From Okamejei kenojei (taxonomy: Eukaryota), in contig CM069153.1 of the NCBI GenBank assembly GCA_035221665.1, forward strand, positions 32,364,001 through 32,428,000: DNA of 64,000 bases, written 5' to 3'. The notes under the pieces were generated by a model, which saw only the letters and a list, made by a program, of their open reading frames with translations, was not told where the DNA came from and searched no databases. Below, one piece after another: positions 1-11,670 of this stretch. Position numbers and translations under genes: made by a program. How positions within the stretch are numbered: position 1 is the stretch's first letter; each line of letters begins with the position of its first letter.

Positions 1-19
1 AATTCCTTTTCATGTGTAG

Positions 20-140
20 GTGAATGGCGTTCTGCCCATTCTCCCCTTGTTCTTTCCTGTGGTGTGGGTGCTGGTCACGGCCTACGGAGAAGCTAGAGTT
101 CTAGCACAGTTTCACCAAGGCTGGTGCTCCTGTTGGCATG
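20..140 (+). CDS. TMEM94: TMEM94 coding exon 1 in window (VNGVLPILPLFFPVVWVLVTAYGEARVLAQ...), apparent 1-nt insertion near 110-112
   Basis: tag| acceptor at 17-19 and |gtaagg donor at 141. The exon is 121 nt, but a multiple of 3 is needed to join the phase-0 next exon. Confidence 0.9.
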
Positions 141-840
141 GTAAGGTTTTTCTTCTGTCTAAAATTAAATGTGGGATAACAGCAGATTAGATAGATAGTA
201 AGGAGGGCAAGTCTTTTACTGACTTTCATTTTAAATAAACGTAGACTCTCATGAATGTGTACTCGACGTTTGTAAAACTGTTGTGGATATAAAGATATGA
301 CTTCTTAGCCATTTTGTGAAATCATTGCATAATAGCTAAGTTGTTGGAGAATTAATTTTAATTGTATGTCACTAAATCAGATTGCCTGCACTGATGTCTG
401 TTTTCTGATGGTTCCTTTGACAAAGTTCTCAGACCTGCTGGAGAGTGCATTGGATATATTTATATTGTGCAGGATTGGCGAGTCCACCTTCTGATCCCAA
501 CTGTGAAAGTAGTTTGTTGAGTGGTGTTCCCAGGTTGCCTGATTCTTAATGAATTTCAGACAGTCTAAAAATAGTTTCTTAATTTTTGAAAATCAATTTA
601 TTTTTATGACACGTAGAAAAGGACTATTTGGATGACTGAACCCATGTTAGTATAAAAATGCAAAGTTCTAGAAATACTTAGCAGGTTTGGCATTGTCTGT
701 AGTGAGACCAAAAAAATCAACATTTTGGGACAATGAGCTTTTTTCAGAGTCACATCACTAACCACCAGTTTTGATACTCCTCTTTATTGAGGTGCACTTT
801 GACGAGTTCTGAGTAGAACTTATTTATTCTTTCCATGCAG

Positions 841-897
841 ATGGCCAAATTTTCTGAAGATACGCTTAGCAGTTACACAGAAATGGTTACTACAAAG
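841..897 (+). CDS. TMEM94: TMEM94 exon (MAKFSEDTLSSYTEMVTTK)
   Basis: cag|...|gta boundaries, 57 nt, matches human AKFSEDTLSSYTE. Confidence 0.95.
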
Positions 898-2091
898 GTA
901 GAGATTTATAGTTGAATTACATTTCTTGAGTTTTTAATCTATATATGTCTGATGCAGTTTTCATTTGTTCCTTGCCGATTGTATTTGAAGCACGGCCTGT
1001 TGTGGGGGTGCTTATAAGTATGAATGAGCATGGGTTTTATTTGTCAACAAGACCATTTTTCTTAGCAACTTACCAGCTGTGCTTTCCTTTCACTTTCATA
1101 CTTGCTGTGTATGCTAATTGTTCTCGTTGCTTTGCTCTTTCTGGTGATACTTGCTTCAGGTGGCAAAGTGTTACCTGGGGTGTGAAGTGCAACTTGTCAA
1201 ATTTATTGAAAACTCCCCCTGGCAATGTGGCCTGTTGGCCCCCAATTACAGAATAGGATTTAATTTTCCATTCAACTCGGCATGTTCATTAGAACCGTGT
1301 GATAACCGTGTCTGCCACCAGAGCCATGGGTTGAAAAATGACACAAACCAGCTGTCACTCTCTCTAATTGTTGTCTGCTACTGCCTCTGTGAATGGCTCA
1401 ATCCCTACTGTAATCCCTCCTCCTCAGGCTCAAATGCTAGTATAATGTAAGGAGTCAGCAACACATCAAAAAAAAAGTCATAACCAAGGTACTTTTGTGA
1501 TTTTGCTTCACTTTGGGATTGTTAATTCATCCCAACTGGAAGGCAGCTCCAGCTGTTTGGCTGTTTAATTATTTTTGATCGAAAACTAATGACGAAATTA
1601 TGGAAGTTAATTTGATGTGGCATTCTCCACCCACACAATTCTTTTGATTACGATGTTTTCCTGCATTTGGCACAGGAGGGAAAGCCAAATAATAAATTTA
1701 TCGGATTCCTGATGGGAGCTTTAGACGACAACATTCTGCATAATCTTTTTCTCCACTTGGTTGTTTATTCTGTCAGATAAATGTTCTTTTTAATTCTGAA
1801 AAGCATTGTACCTTTTTTCTGTATCTATCCCGAGGATATTGTGGGAGAACTTTAGTGAGACTGTTTTTGCAAAAAAAGTGTTGTAAAATCAGTGTTGGGT
1901 GTTGGAGTAACCATATTTCTCCTTTCTTTGCAACATAAGCTATTTGGCCTGACCAGTCTTTGGCTTCTGGCTTGAATTGAAGGGAAAGGACACAGCAGGC
2001 TGAATAGAGGGGATAGGAAGGAGAATCCTAAAGTGTTGGGGGGGAATCTAAGTAACATGAAAGAAAAATGCGAGCTGGAAAAGGGAGTGGG

Positions 2092-2131
2092 AATGTCATT
2101 TCCCAGAGAGAAATGTCATTTCCCAGAGAGA
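2092..2131. repeat. 20-bp perfect tandem duplication (aatgtcatttcccagagaga x2)
   Basis: Directly visible, abutting a PLE terminal module. Confidence 0.9.
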
Positions 2132-2395
2132 AACTGCAGATGTTGGTTTCCAAAAACAACATGAAGTGCTAGAGTAACTCAGCAGGTCATGCAGTATCTC
2201 TGGAGAACAAGGATAGGCGATGTTTTGGGACGAGTCTCTTCTTCAGACAGGTCAATTAAATAACGAAACAGCTGGAGCTGGCATCCAGCTGGGATGAATT
2301 AACAATTCCAAAGTGAAGAAGCATCCTGACCTGAAAGGTCACCTATTCATGTTCTCCAGAGGCACAGCCTGACCCATTGTATTACTCCACAACTG
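2132..2395. mobile_element. Palindromic pair of Penelope-like terminal modules enclosing an inverted 65-bp copy of local sequence
   Basis: The left arm (2132-2250) and right arm (about 2314-2395) are degenerate reverse complements. The centre 2254-2318 is the reverse complement of 1506-1570. Confidence 0.75.
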
Positions 2396-2576
2396 TATAC
2401 ATTCCCCATCTCTTTTTTATGGGAAATGTATGCATCAGCTGTGTAATAAATACAAAAAGTACTTTTCAAAAAGCTCAGTAATTTTTATTTACTCATTTTT
2501 GTAAAATGACATAATTTGCACCTGTTATTTTGTTCTCTGCTTCTTTACTTGGTAAAACCTTCATTTTTGCCAACAG

Positions 2577-2681
2577 GAAATTATGTTCTGTGTTTGGAGT
2601 CACTTCTGGTCATTACTGCGAGGAAAGTCACTTACCCTTTGCTACACGTCCAGTCTGCTTCAGAACCTGGGCTCGGTCACT
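2577..2681 (+). CDS. TMEM94: TMEM94 exon (EIMFCVWSHFWSLLRGKSLTLCYTSSLLQNLGSVT)
   Basis: cag|...|gtgagt, 105 nt, phase 0/0, homologous to human SSLLHSLGSVT. Confidence 0.95.
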
Positions 2682-2834
2682 GTGAGTATTCATTGTTTTG
2701 GTACATATGTTTGGTATTGTGGGCATCTTCTTATCTGATACAAGAAATAACACAAATTATCTGTGAAAATCAGTATTGGATATTGGCATAGAGCATTTCT
2801 TTGCAGCTTAGGCCATTTGGCATGTCAAATCTTT

Positions 2835-3400
2835 GAAGGAACACAAAATGCTGGAGAAACTGCCGGGTGCAGCAGCATCTATGGAGTGATAGGCAACGTT
2901 TCGGGCTGAAACCATTCTTCAGACTAATGGGGGGTGGGGGGAGGCGGGGGGGGGGGGGAGAAAGGAAAAAGGAGGAGGAGGAGGAGGAGCCCGAGGGCGA
3001 GGTAGGAAGGGGCGGAGACAGCAAGGTTTAACAGAATTGAGAGAATTCAATGTTCATGCCAAGAGGATGCACTCTCCCCAAGCGGAATATGAGGTGCTGT
3101 TCCTCCAATTTGCGGTGTTGCTCACTCTGGCCGTGGAGGAGGCCCAGGACAGAGAGGTCGGATACGGAATGGGCGGGGGAGTTGAAATGCTGAGACACTG
3201 GGAGGTCGGGTTGGTTATTGCGGACCGAGCGGAGGTGTTCGGCAAAACGATCGCCAAGCCGCCACTTGGTCTCACCGATATAGATCAGTTGACATCTAGA
3301 GCAGCGGATGCAATAGATGAGGTTGGAGGTCTGTCGGACCTGGAAGGGCTGCTTGGGTCCTTGAAAGGAGTGGAGGGAGGGAGGTAAAGCGACAAGTGTA
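2835..3400 (-). mobile_element. Penelope-like retroelement 3' fragment (GIY-YIG endonuclease C-terminus plus terminal module)
   Basis: The minus strand encodes IYIGETKWRLGDRFAEHLRS and KLEEQHLIFRLG, followed by the terminal module ctggagaaact...gcagcatct...gtttcggg...cttcagac. Confidence 0.85.
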
Positions 3401-3502
3401 GCAACTGTGTTATCATTATGTCTCCTTGTCCCAGTCCTCTGTCACATGTGGAAAACATTTTTCACGTCACTGACTTTGACTTCCTTTCAAAACCGTCGCT
3501 TA

Positions 3503-3766
3503 TTTAGTTTAAAGACACAGTGTGGAAACAGGCCCTTCCCCCACCGAGTCCATGCCGACCAGCGATCACTCATGCATTAGTTCTATCCTACACGAGGGAC
3601 AATTCACAGAAGCCAATTACCTTACAAACCGGAGCACCTGGAGAAAACCCACATGGTCACAGGGAGAACGTATAAAATTGGTGCAGGCAGCACCCCTAGT
3701 CAGGATTGAAGCCGGGTCTCTGGTGCAGTAAGACAACAACTCTACCGCTGTGCCTCTGTGTTGCCC
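3503..3766 (-). mobile_element. tRNA-derived V-SINE (HE1-like)
   Basis: tRNA-like head with A/B-box-like motifs, V-core gttctccctgtgaccatgtgggttttctccaggtgctccgg, and a CR1-like tail ending in taaac repeats. Confidence 0.85.
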
Positions 3767-3853
3767 TATTCTAGATTCAGACCTGCAGCTCAGTTGGCTT
3801 GTGTTTGTTTTGCTGGCCAATTCAGGGTTATAATTGTCAATTTGAATTGTTAG

Positions 3854-4027
3854 GTGCTTTGCTGTGTGGACAAGCAAGGAATACTGTCCTGGCCAAATCC
3901 CAGTCCGGAAACGGTTCTGTTCTTTAGTGGGCGTGTAGAGCAATCACATGACAGCCTAGAGGACCTGAAAGATGACATGTCCATGAGATCATTTTGTCAT
4001 ATAGAGATGGAAGAAGAGAAGGATGAG
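3854..4027 (+). CDS. TMEM94: TMEM94 exon with P-domain-like DKQGIL motif (VLCCVDKQGILSWPNPSPETVLFFSG...)
   Basis: tag|...|gtgagt, 174 nt, lies in ORF 3854-4045. Confidence 0.97.
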
Positions 4028-4726
4028 GTGAGTGTCTTATCCTGATATTCGTAGTAGAACCAGAGCTGCTGTTCAATCTTTTAATTCCATGTTTGTGTGG
4101 CTAATGTGAAAATGTAATGCTCAAGATTATCTGTTGTGGAAAGAAAACATTGTCGTACCCTACAAATTTAATTTTATTTTTAGCAAAATGTATTGTGTTG
4201 TAAAGTTTACATTAAAAACTATTTGAAAATGAGAACATTTAATTCCACCGTGTGTCTTTAGAACTTTAAATGTCCACCATTGCAAAACCCAGCAGCGGTC
4301 TTTGTTAAAGGATAGATGAATGCATTGCATGGGCCTAAGATTATCGTAATTCCTGTTTTCATTATGCCATATAATATGCCATGAATGTTTTTGATCCTTC
4401 TATACTACTCACTCTTTCACCAAACCAGAACCTTCCCTCAGAGTACATGCATGACTAAACCTGTTTCCATGATACTACCATAGAGAAGCAGATGACCTGG
4501 AGCTCTTTTCTCCACCCTCATCCATAGCCCACTTCTAGAAATAAGCACGATCTGAGTAAAGCCCAAACCCTTCACCTCAGGACCTATATGATTTGATGGA
4601 TGGCACTATGAAAGTAGCAGTGTGAAAAGCTGCACTCCTCAACATAGGACCATGTTGATTTGTACAATTTTTAATGATTGAAGATTTGTAATTTCTTTGC
4701 GTTAAGCATTGAGTTTTGTATTCTAA

Positions 4727-5189
4727 TGGGCCTGTCCCACTTAGCGATTTTTCAGGCGACTGCCGGTGACTGTCAAGTTGCCGGCAGTCGTCTGAAAAAA
4801 CAGCAACTGGAAAACACAGACAGACAGACAGACTCTTATGTTTTTTGTTCCCCCAATGAGCCAATGAAATTCACCGGTCAGCACCAGCTACAACCTACGA
4901 GAACCTAAGAGAACCTTCGACCTCCTGGCAACCCGCTAGGACCTCCTGACGACCCACCTACGGCACGAGAATTCTCGCTACTCTCCATGGCGGCTTCATT
5001 CTAGTCGGCTCTTAATTTTTCAACCTGTTGAAAAATTTGCAGCGTCCATAATGAGGCCGCGACTAGTTCCCATAATGCGGGAACTCCTCACGGCCATGAA
5101 GGCAACCACCCGCGAACATGTGGCGACCATGTGGCGACTGCATAGTCTCCTGCAGTCGCCTAAAAAGTTGCCTAAGTGGGGCAGGCCCA
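4727..5189. mobile_element. PIF/Harbinger-type MITE (463 bp)
   Basis: TIR TGGGCCTGTCCCACTTAG / CTAAGTGGGGCAGGCCCA, TAA target duplication at 4724-4726 and 5190-5192, no transposase ORF. Confidence 0.85.
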
Positions 5190-5517
5190 TAATGCTACTA
5201 TCTTGAGAATTGTTGCAATTGAAGAATTGGGCCGAGTGTAGAGTAATTGGAGGAATATTTTCCAATGGCAAGATTGGAGGCTGGAAACAAAAGGATGCAG
5301 ATCAAGAGTTATGGCGAAAAGTCAGAGGGACTTTTATGGTGAATTGTATTCTAGATTCTGTTGCTTTAAAGAAAAACATTCAACCACAACTTAAAAGAAA
5401 GTTGAATAAGCATTTGAAGAAAGATAGAAAGAGCAGAGTGTCGCCATTCAAAGACAAAGTCGTCCAGTGCTTGTTGAAAAGGAATGTGTTTAATTTCCAA
5501 CGCTTAAAAATTCCTAG

Positions 5518-5721
5518 CCCAGGGAAGCTGATGCTCTATTGCCCAACACCGGTCTGGAATTTCTACATATCACCGATGAGGTTGAGCAGGATAAAGAGGA
5601 AAAGACTGAGAGCACTCCGCGGTTGAGGAAACGAAGTGACAATCGGCGATGCAAGCACTTGTCGGGCTCCAGTGTCAGCTTCAGCAAAGACACAGAAGGG
5701 GGGGAGGATGATGTGACACAG
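5518..5721 (+). CDS. TMEM94: TMEM94 exon (PREADALLPN...KHLSGSSVSFSKDTEGGEDDVTQ)
   Basis: tag|...|gtaatg, 204 nt, matches human PHERDALL...SGSNVSFSRDTEGGEE. Confidence 0.93.
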
Positions 5722-5991
5722 GTAATGAGGATTAAAATTGTTTTCTTTTTATTTTGCTAACTTTTGTTTTCAAGTGTTTTTCAAATCAATAGCTTGCATG
5801 GACCAGAGGTGGGAATGGTTTATAATATGTAGATTATTTGAAAATTGTGTTTATTTCTGAACCCATTGGTGGTACTTCTGTCAATTTAAGTCTGTCCAAT
5901 TTGTCTGGGTGAACTGGACTGCAGAATTTGAAGACACAAGGAATAGATGCCATGAGTACTCAATTTGCATATCGTTCTGCGTGTTTTACAG

Positions 5992-6307
5992 GTGAGCGGT
6001 ATTGATGAAGACCTGGACCTGGAAGCAGATGATTATATTTGCGATTACCACCTGGAAATGCTGAGCCTCTCTCAGGACCAGCAGAACCCGGCCAGTATTC
6101 AGTTTGATGACTCGAACTGGCAACTGCACATTTCTTCACTGAAACCACTGGGGCTCAACATCCTCCTCAATCTATGTTACTCCACCGTTACTGAGCAAGT
6201 GTGCCGCTTCTCTGATCATCTGTCCAATATCGCCCTTCAAGAGACATCGGGCACAGCCGTGCCAATCCATGTCCCTTGGGGGCTCTGTGAATTAGCCAGG
6301 CTCATAG
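5992..6307 (+). CDS. TMEM94: TMEM94 exon (VSGIDED...CDYHLEMLSLSQDQQNP...VPWGLCELARLI)
   Basis: cag|...|gtatgt, 316 nt, ends phase 1. Confidence 0.97.
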
Positions 6308-6499
6308 GTATGTGCATAGTCCAGTGCTTCTAAGGTAGCTAATTGATGTGTTCACTTTAAGATTCAACATATGAATGGATTTAACATTGAAGTGAATTCT
6401 GATCTGCATATATTTGCCACATTGTTTTATTTCATCTACGCAAGTACATAACAGCAATAAGAGTTGGCTGCACAGCTGAGGTTGCTCCCTCGGTGAGAT

Positions 6500-7930
6500 C
6501 AAGTCTAAAGTCACCAACCTGAATGACTACCGCCCGGTTGCCCTAACTCCAATACCAATGAAGTGCTTTGAAAGGCTGGTCCTCTCCCACATCAAATCCA
6601 GCATCCCTGCATCATTGGACTCTCATCAATTTGCATACAGGGCAAATAGATCCACAGAGGATGCCATCTCTGTGGCTCTTCACACTGTCCTGACCCACCT
6701 GGAAAGACAGGGCACCTACGTGAGGATGCTCTTCATTGACTATAGCTCTGCCTTCAATATGGTCATCCCCACCAAGCTCACCACCAAACTCCACCAGCTA
6801 GGCCTCAGCTCACTGATATGCAATTGGATCCTGAATTTTCTGACGGAGCGGCCGCAGGCAGTGAGACTGGGGCCGCACCTGTCCTCCACTATCACCCTGA
6901 GCACTGGCACACCACAGGGCTGTGTACTGAGCCCCATGCTCTACTCCCTCTTCACCCATGACTGTGTTCCTGCATTCAACACCAACACGATTGTCAAGTT
7001 TGCAGACGACACAACGGTGATCGGGCTGATCACCAACGGTGATGAAACAAACTACAGAGCGGAGGTGCAGAACCTGGCGGACTGGTGCTCGCCGAACAAC
7101 TTGTCACTAAACACCTCTAAGACCAAGGAGCTGATTATTGACTTCAGGAGGTCGCAGAATGGGGAATAAGCTCCAGTCTCCATCTATGGGGACAGTGTGG
7201 AGAGAGTGTCCAGCTTTAAGTTTCTGGGCACTCACATCTCAAAGGACCTCACATGGTCCAGCAACACTGCTGCGCTGGTCAAAAAGGCACAGCAATGACT
7301 GTTCTTCCTAAGAACATTGAAACGGACTGGTCTGCCCCAACAGCTGCTGACGACCTTCTACCGCTGCACGACAGAGAGCATACTAACGTATGGCATCTCT
7401 GTGTGGTATCTCAGCTGCACGGAGGCGGAGTGGAGAGCTCTTCAGCGCGTCGTCCACAGAGCGCAAAAGATCATTGGGACACCGCTACCAGCCTTGGAGG
7501 GCATCTACCACACACGGTGCCTTAGGAAGGCCGTCAAGCATCCATAAAGACTCCTCTCACCCTTGTAATGGACTGTTCGAACGACTCCCTTCCGGCAGAC
7601 GCTACAAGGCCTTCTACGCCCGCACCTCCAGACTCGGGAACAGCTTCATTCCCAGAGCTATAGCGGCTCTGAACCGGCCCTGCTGAGTGCCCCCCACCCC
7701 CATGGACTGTCTCCCTCGGATGGATCACGTCACACAGGCACATCTGCACTTTAATCTGTTTTGGCTTTGACTGTTTTACTGTTCTAATGTTCTTTTCACG
7801 AACCTTGTTCTCGGGGTATCTAAACCTAAATTTTATTAGTCGTTTAAATTATGACATCGGATGATGTTGCAAACCAAATCTCGTTGCACTTATGTGTAGT
7901 GACAATAAAAGTTATTATTATTATTATTAT
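6500..7930 (+). mobile_element. 5'-truncated Rex1/Babar-type LINE, RT pseudogene
   Basis: ORF 6558-7169 has [24 protein letters not shown] and KFADD motifs, and continues through stops and a frameshift to about 7686. AATAAA and a (TTA)n tail lie at 7904-7930. Confidence 0.9.
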
Positions 7931-8832
7931 CATGGCTGATGTGGTTGAATTGGTCAAGGTATCTAGAATTTAAAAGAAAAACTGAGCCTATACTTTTGAT
8001 GAAGGATCTTCTACTGGAAATGTTAGTTTTGTTTTTCTTTCCACATTGAGTTTGATCTGCTGGTGTTTCCAGCATTTACACTTCAGAATTTCAGGAGCTG
8101 CAGATTCTTTTAATTCATTGGCGTGCTTATAAAAGTAGGTGAAGATGGCAAATCTGTACAAACTCTTGAAACTTTGAGAGTGGATTCATGAAAATCTTAT
8201 ACAATTGTATAAGATTCCTCAATGATAACTATTTGAATTGGCAGCAAGTATTTTAGCTGAGCATTCAAAATGTAAGGTAATGTGGCATTGAACGACCATC
8301 AAAAAAGTTTATTTTGATTTGCTTGTAAGACCAAATATGTTCATTTCTGGTGTTGATGGACTATTCTTGCCTACATAATTCATGCTGTATCTGGTCTATA
8401 AATTAGCCTGTTGCAGATTACAAACACACCTGGTTATATGCTAGAATGCTGATGTATCCACTTGGTAGATAAATTGCATTTGAATTGTATTTTTGCAAAC
8501 CTGTGATGCTTCAATAATCACTGAAGATTTTTAGATAATGCCACATTAATTGTTGGGAAATCCTAAAATCAGTTAAAATTTCTTGGTAATGCAGAGCTAG
8601 TTACTAGTTTTACTTCCAGTATAATGGGTGCATTTCTACCTTTTATTTGCAATAGCCTGTTGAGATGGGATTGACAGTAAAAGAACTTGAAGATGGTAAA
8701 CAATTTTAAATAAGTAATTAAAGGCCATGTTCTCATTCCGTAGTTATTGGACAACTAAGATGGGAAGTAAGGAAAGAAGTTCCATCTTTCTGAACAAAAC
8801 GTGGGAATAAATGTAGTGTTTTTATTTTGTAG

Positions 8833-9006
8833 GCTTTACCCCTGGTGCCAAAGAACTCTTCAAGCAAGAGAATCATCTGACCATGTACCAACTTCCGACA
8901 GCAGAGATGGTCAAAGAGCCGGTGCCACGCCGACTTTTGAACGTAAACAAGAGGAGACCACCACTCAGTCACATGATCAGCTTATTTGTGAGAGATACAT
9001 TGACCG
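8833..9006 (+). CDS. TMEM94: TMEM94 exon (GFTPGAKELFKQENHL...KRRPPLSHMISLFVRDTLT)
   Basis: tag|...|gtgagt, 174 nt, phase 1/1. Confidence 0.97.
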
Positions 9007-10048
9007 GTGAGTATTATCCTCAGTGTTATTACATTTTGCATCTGACGCTGGCCAGCGAGTCAACTTAGAATTTTCCCTTCAGATACACTCATGGGTAACT
9101 TGTTTTTTACACAAAATATGCATCATTTTTTTTGGCTCAGTGAATTTTTAAAGATATTTTTTTATTCAACAAATCTGTTTAAAATAAACCTATACCAAGA
9201 AACTATGGACTGACAAAATAATTATTTTCTTCAAACCTGTTAACTTTTTCAGTGCTTCACATTGTTACTGATATTCAGAAACATTTATATCTTAGTAAAA
9301 ATATAGCCACCTAAAACATTGATAATGATTTTTTTTTTAATTGAAAGATTTAAATTTAACATATAAAATTAAAACATTATAACATACCTTATTAAATGGA
9401 ATGTGCTCATAGGAACTGGCAATTTACTTAAGAGCAGACTGTCCAAAATGTTGCAGAATCATTGGATGAGATGCTGTGTGGGTAGTGTTTGGTGCTTCTG
9501 CACTGCAATGGCTATCTTGAACTTTCATGTAGTTTATTGGGCAGTTGCCAGCAGTTCAGTGTGGAATTGCAGTAAAAATCTAAAAAATATATCAGGCCTT
9601 TCAAGGAGGCCATGCTACATTTCTTTCACATGTCTCTTAAACTTCCCTGGGAAACGGCATATGTTGGATTTTTTATTTGAAACTCATGTGGGTCAACTGG
9701 CACATCAGTCTTTCGAACAAAATGCCTTTTTAAAATGATTAAGTAGAATCACGGATTGAAAGTGACTCCTTGCCAATACGTCGTGAGTTCTCAAGATATG
9801 TGGTGAGCTGAAGAGCCTGTTTCTGTACTGGACTGTTAAGTTTATTTTAAACTTGTATTTTGATTGAATCAGAGTGGCGTTATCAGAAAGTGATGCATGC
9901 TGATATCTGGATCACTGCTCATTGATTATAGTTCTCCGTCTTTCTGTAAGAAATTATGTTTAACAGTAAATGGAACAGTAACTTTTAACAAGAAGAGAAA
10001 ATCTGAGTGATGTTTTAAAACTTATTTTACTGTTTTCTATTTTCATAG

Positions 10049-10151
10049 ATAGTGTGCAGATGTTATCTCACGGCACAGCTGATGTCATCCTGGAGGCCTG
10101 CACAGATTTCTGGGATGGTGCAGATATTTACCCCCTCTCTGGTTCCGACAG
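10049..10151 (+). CDS. TMEM94: TMEM94 exon (DSVQMLSHGTADVILEACTDFWDGADIYPLSGSDR)
   Basis: tag|...|gtttgt, 103 nt, phase 1/2. Confidence 0.96.
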
Positions 10152-10629
10152 GTTTGTTCTCCCCAGACCTGATAGAGAAATTAAGCAAAGAAGACGCAAA
10201 GCTTCTCAGAAATACTGGAGAACCCTGGATGTGGAGTGAATGAATCATCATTAGTAAAAATAATTAAAGTTAAAATAAATCATTCGTAAAAAAAAAAAGG
10301 AGAAATCACTGGGACTGCAATCCAATAAATTCCCAGGACCTGAAGACATGCATTTGTTGTGTTTTGAAGCAGTCGGCAATGGCAGTGATGCACGCCACAT
10401 TGTGTTCTTCCAAAACTCTATAGATTCTAGAATAATTTAAACAAGATAGAAGGTAGAAAATGTAACCTCATTATTACAGAAAGCAGGAAGGAGGTAAATT
10501 GCCAATGGCAAACTCATGGGCAGACATTAGTAAGGGAAATTATATTTCGGAAGTGGTAGCAGAACATTTAAGTAAATCAAGGATTATACAGAATCACTTT
10601 GCATTTATGGTAATGTTGTGATGTTGCAT

Positions 10630-11040
10630 TTGGTGTATTGTGTTCAGTTTTGGTCACCCGGCTATAGGAAAGAAGTTGTTAAGCTGGAAAGAGTACAGAG
10701 AAGATTTACGAGGATGTTGCCAGGAATTGGGGGCTTGAGCTAATGGGAGAGGTTGAGTGGGCTTTGACTTTGTTCCTTGGAGCACGGGAGGATGAAGGGT
10801 GATCTTAGAGGTGTATAGGATCATGAAGGGAATAGATAAGGTGAATGCACAGAGTCTTGTACGCAGACTAGGGGAATTAATAATCAGAGGACATGCATTT
10901 AAGGAGAGAGGGGAAAGATATAAGAGGCAATCTGAGGGTGGTGGATATTTGGAATAAGCTGCCAGAGGAGGTAGTTAAGGCAAGTACTATAATAACATTT
11001 AAAAGACATTTGCACAGGTACATGGATAGGAAAGGTTTAC
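10630..11040 (+). mobile_element. CR1 LINE 3' fragment
   Basis: Decayed YCVQFWSP...KLERVQRRFTRMLPG...LPEEVV coding remnant. Confidence 0.8.
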
Positions 11041-11134
11041 ATGCACTTTCTGAAAACACTTGATGCTATTTGGTTAAGGGTATACTACTTTGCAATACAC
11101 TATTTTGTATTTCTTTCCCCTCATTTTGCTGTAG

Positions 11135-11352
11135 GAAAAAAGTGCTAGATTTCTACCAACGAGCCTGTCTCTCGGGATACTGTTCGGCTTTTGCTTACAA
11201 GCCGATGCACTGCATCTTATCCTCCGAGTTGAACGGGAAATGCATCGAGTTGGTCCAGGTGCCAGGTCAGAATACCATCTTCACCTCTTATGATTTACCG
11301 GGGACCACACCCATTAAACACGGCAGCAGACGGAACAGCTGGAGCTCTGATG
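11135..11352 (+). CDS. TMEM94: TMEM94 exon (KKVLDFYQRACLSGYCSAFAYKPM...RRNSWSSD)
   Basis: tag|...|gtactt, 218 nt, phase 2/1. Confidence 0.97.
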
Positions 11353-11555
11353 GTACTTTTGTCCTTCCCAAAATTAAATGTCTTTTTTTGTACTGCGCGT
11401 GCGTTTGTGAGAGAGATTTTGTTTCTTCCTTAACTTCTGCATTGGTACCATTGACAGTTCAAGCTTTGAGACTTGTTAGCCTTTTTAATGTTACATTAAT
11501 GTTTATGTTATGGTGCAACATACTATTTTCTGCTCCCTGCCTCATTAACAATGAT

Positions 11556-11670
11556 AGACACAAAATGCTGGAGTAACTCAGCGGGTCAGGCAGCATCTCT
11601 GGAGAGAAGGAATGGGTGACGTTTCGGGTCGAGACCCTTCTTCAGACTGATGTCAGGGGAGGGGGCGGGA
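11556..11670 (-). mobile_element. Solo PLE terminal module (115 bp) with 14-bp TSD and intact hammerhead-like core
   Basis: TCATTAACAATGAT is repeated at 11542-11555 and 11671-11684. Confidence 0.88.
11618..11645 (-). ncRNA. Minimal hammerhead ribozyme-like core (CUGAAGA-A-GGGUC-UC-GACCC-GAAAC-GUC)
   Basis: Conserved core nucleotides, perfect stem II, palindromic ACGU stem III and GUC cleavage triplet. Stem I is only about 2 bp, so activity is unproven. Confidence 0.6.

Noticed and set aside
3695-3766. tRNA gene
   Set aside because: It is the tRNA-derived head of a V-SINE, followed by SINE core and tail, with no intact cloverleaf.
5210-5626. 138-aa Lys-rich ORF
   Set aside because: It is out of frame with the TMEM94 exon it overlaps and has no recognisable homology.
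6558-7169. 203-aa reverse transcriptase ORF as a retron, DGR or domesticated gene
   Set aside because: It is an ordinary truncated Rex1/Babar LINE with downstream stops, a frameshift and a (TTA)n tail.
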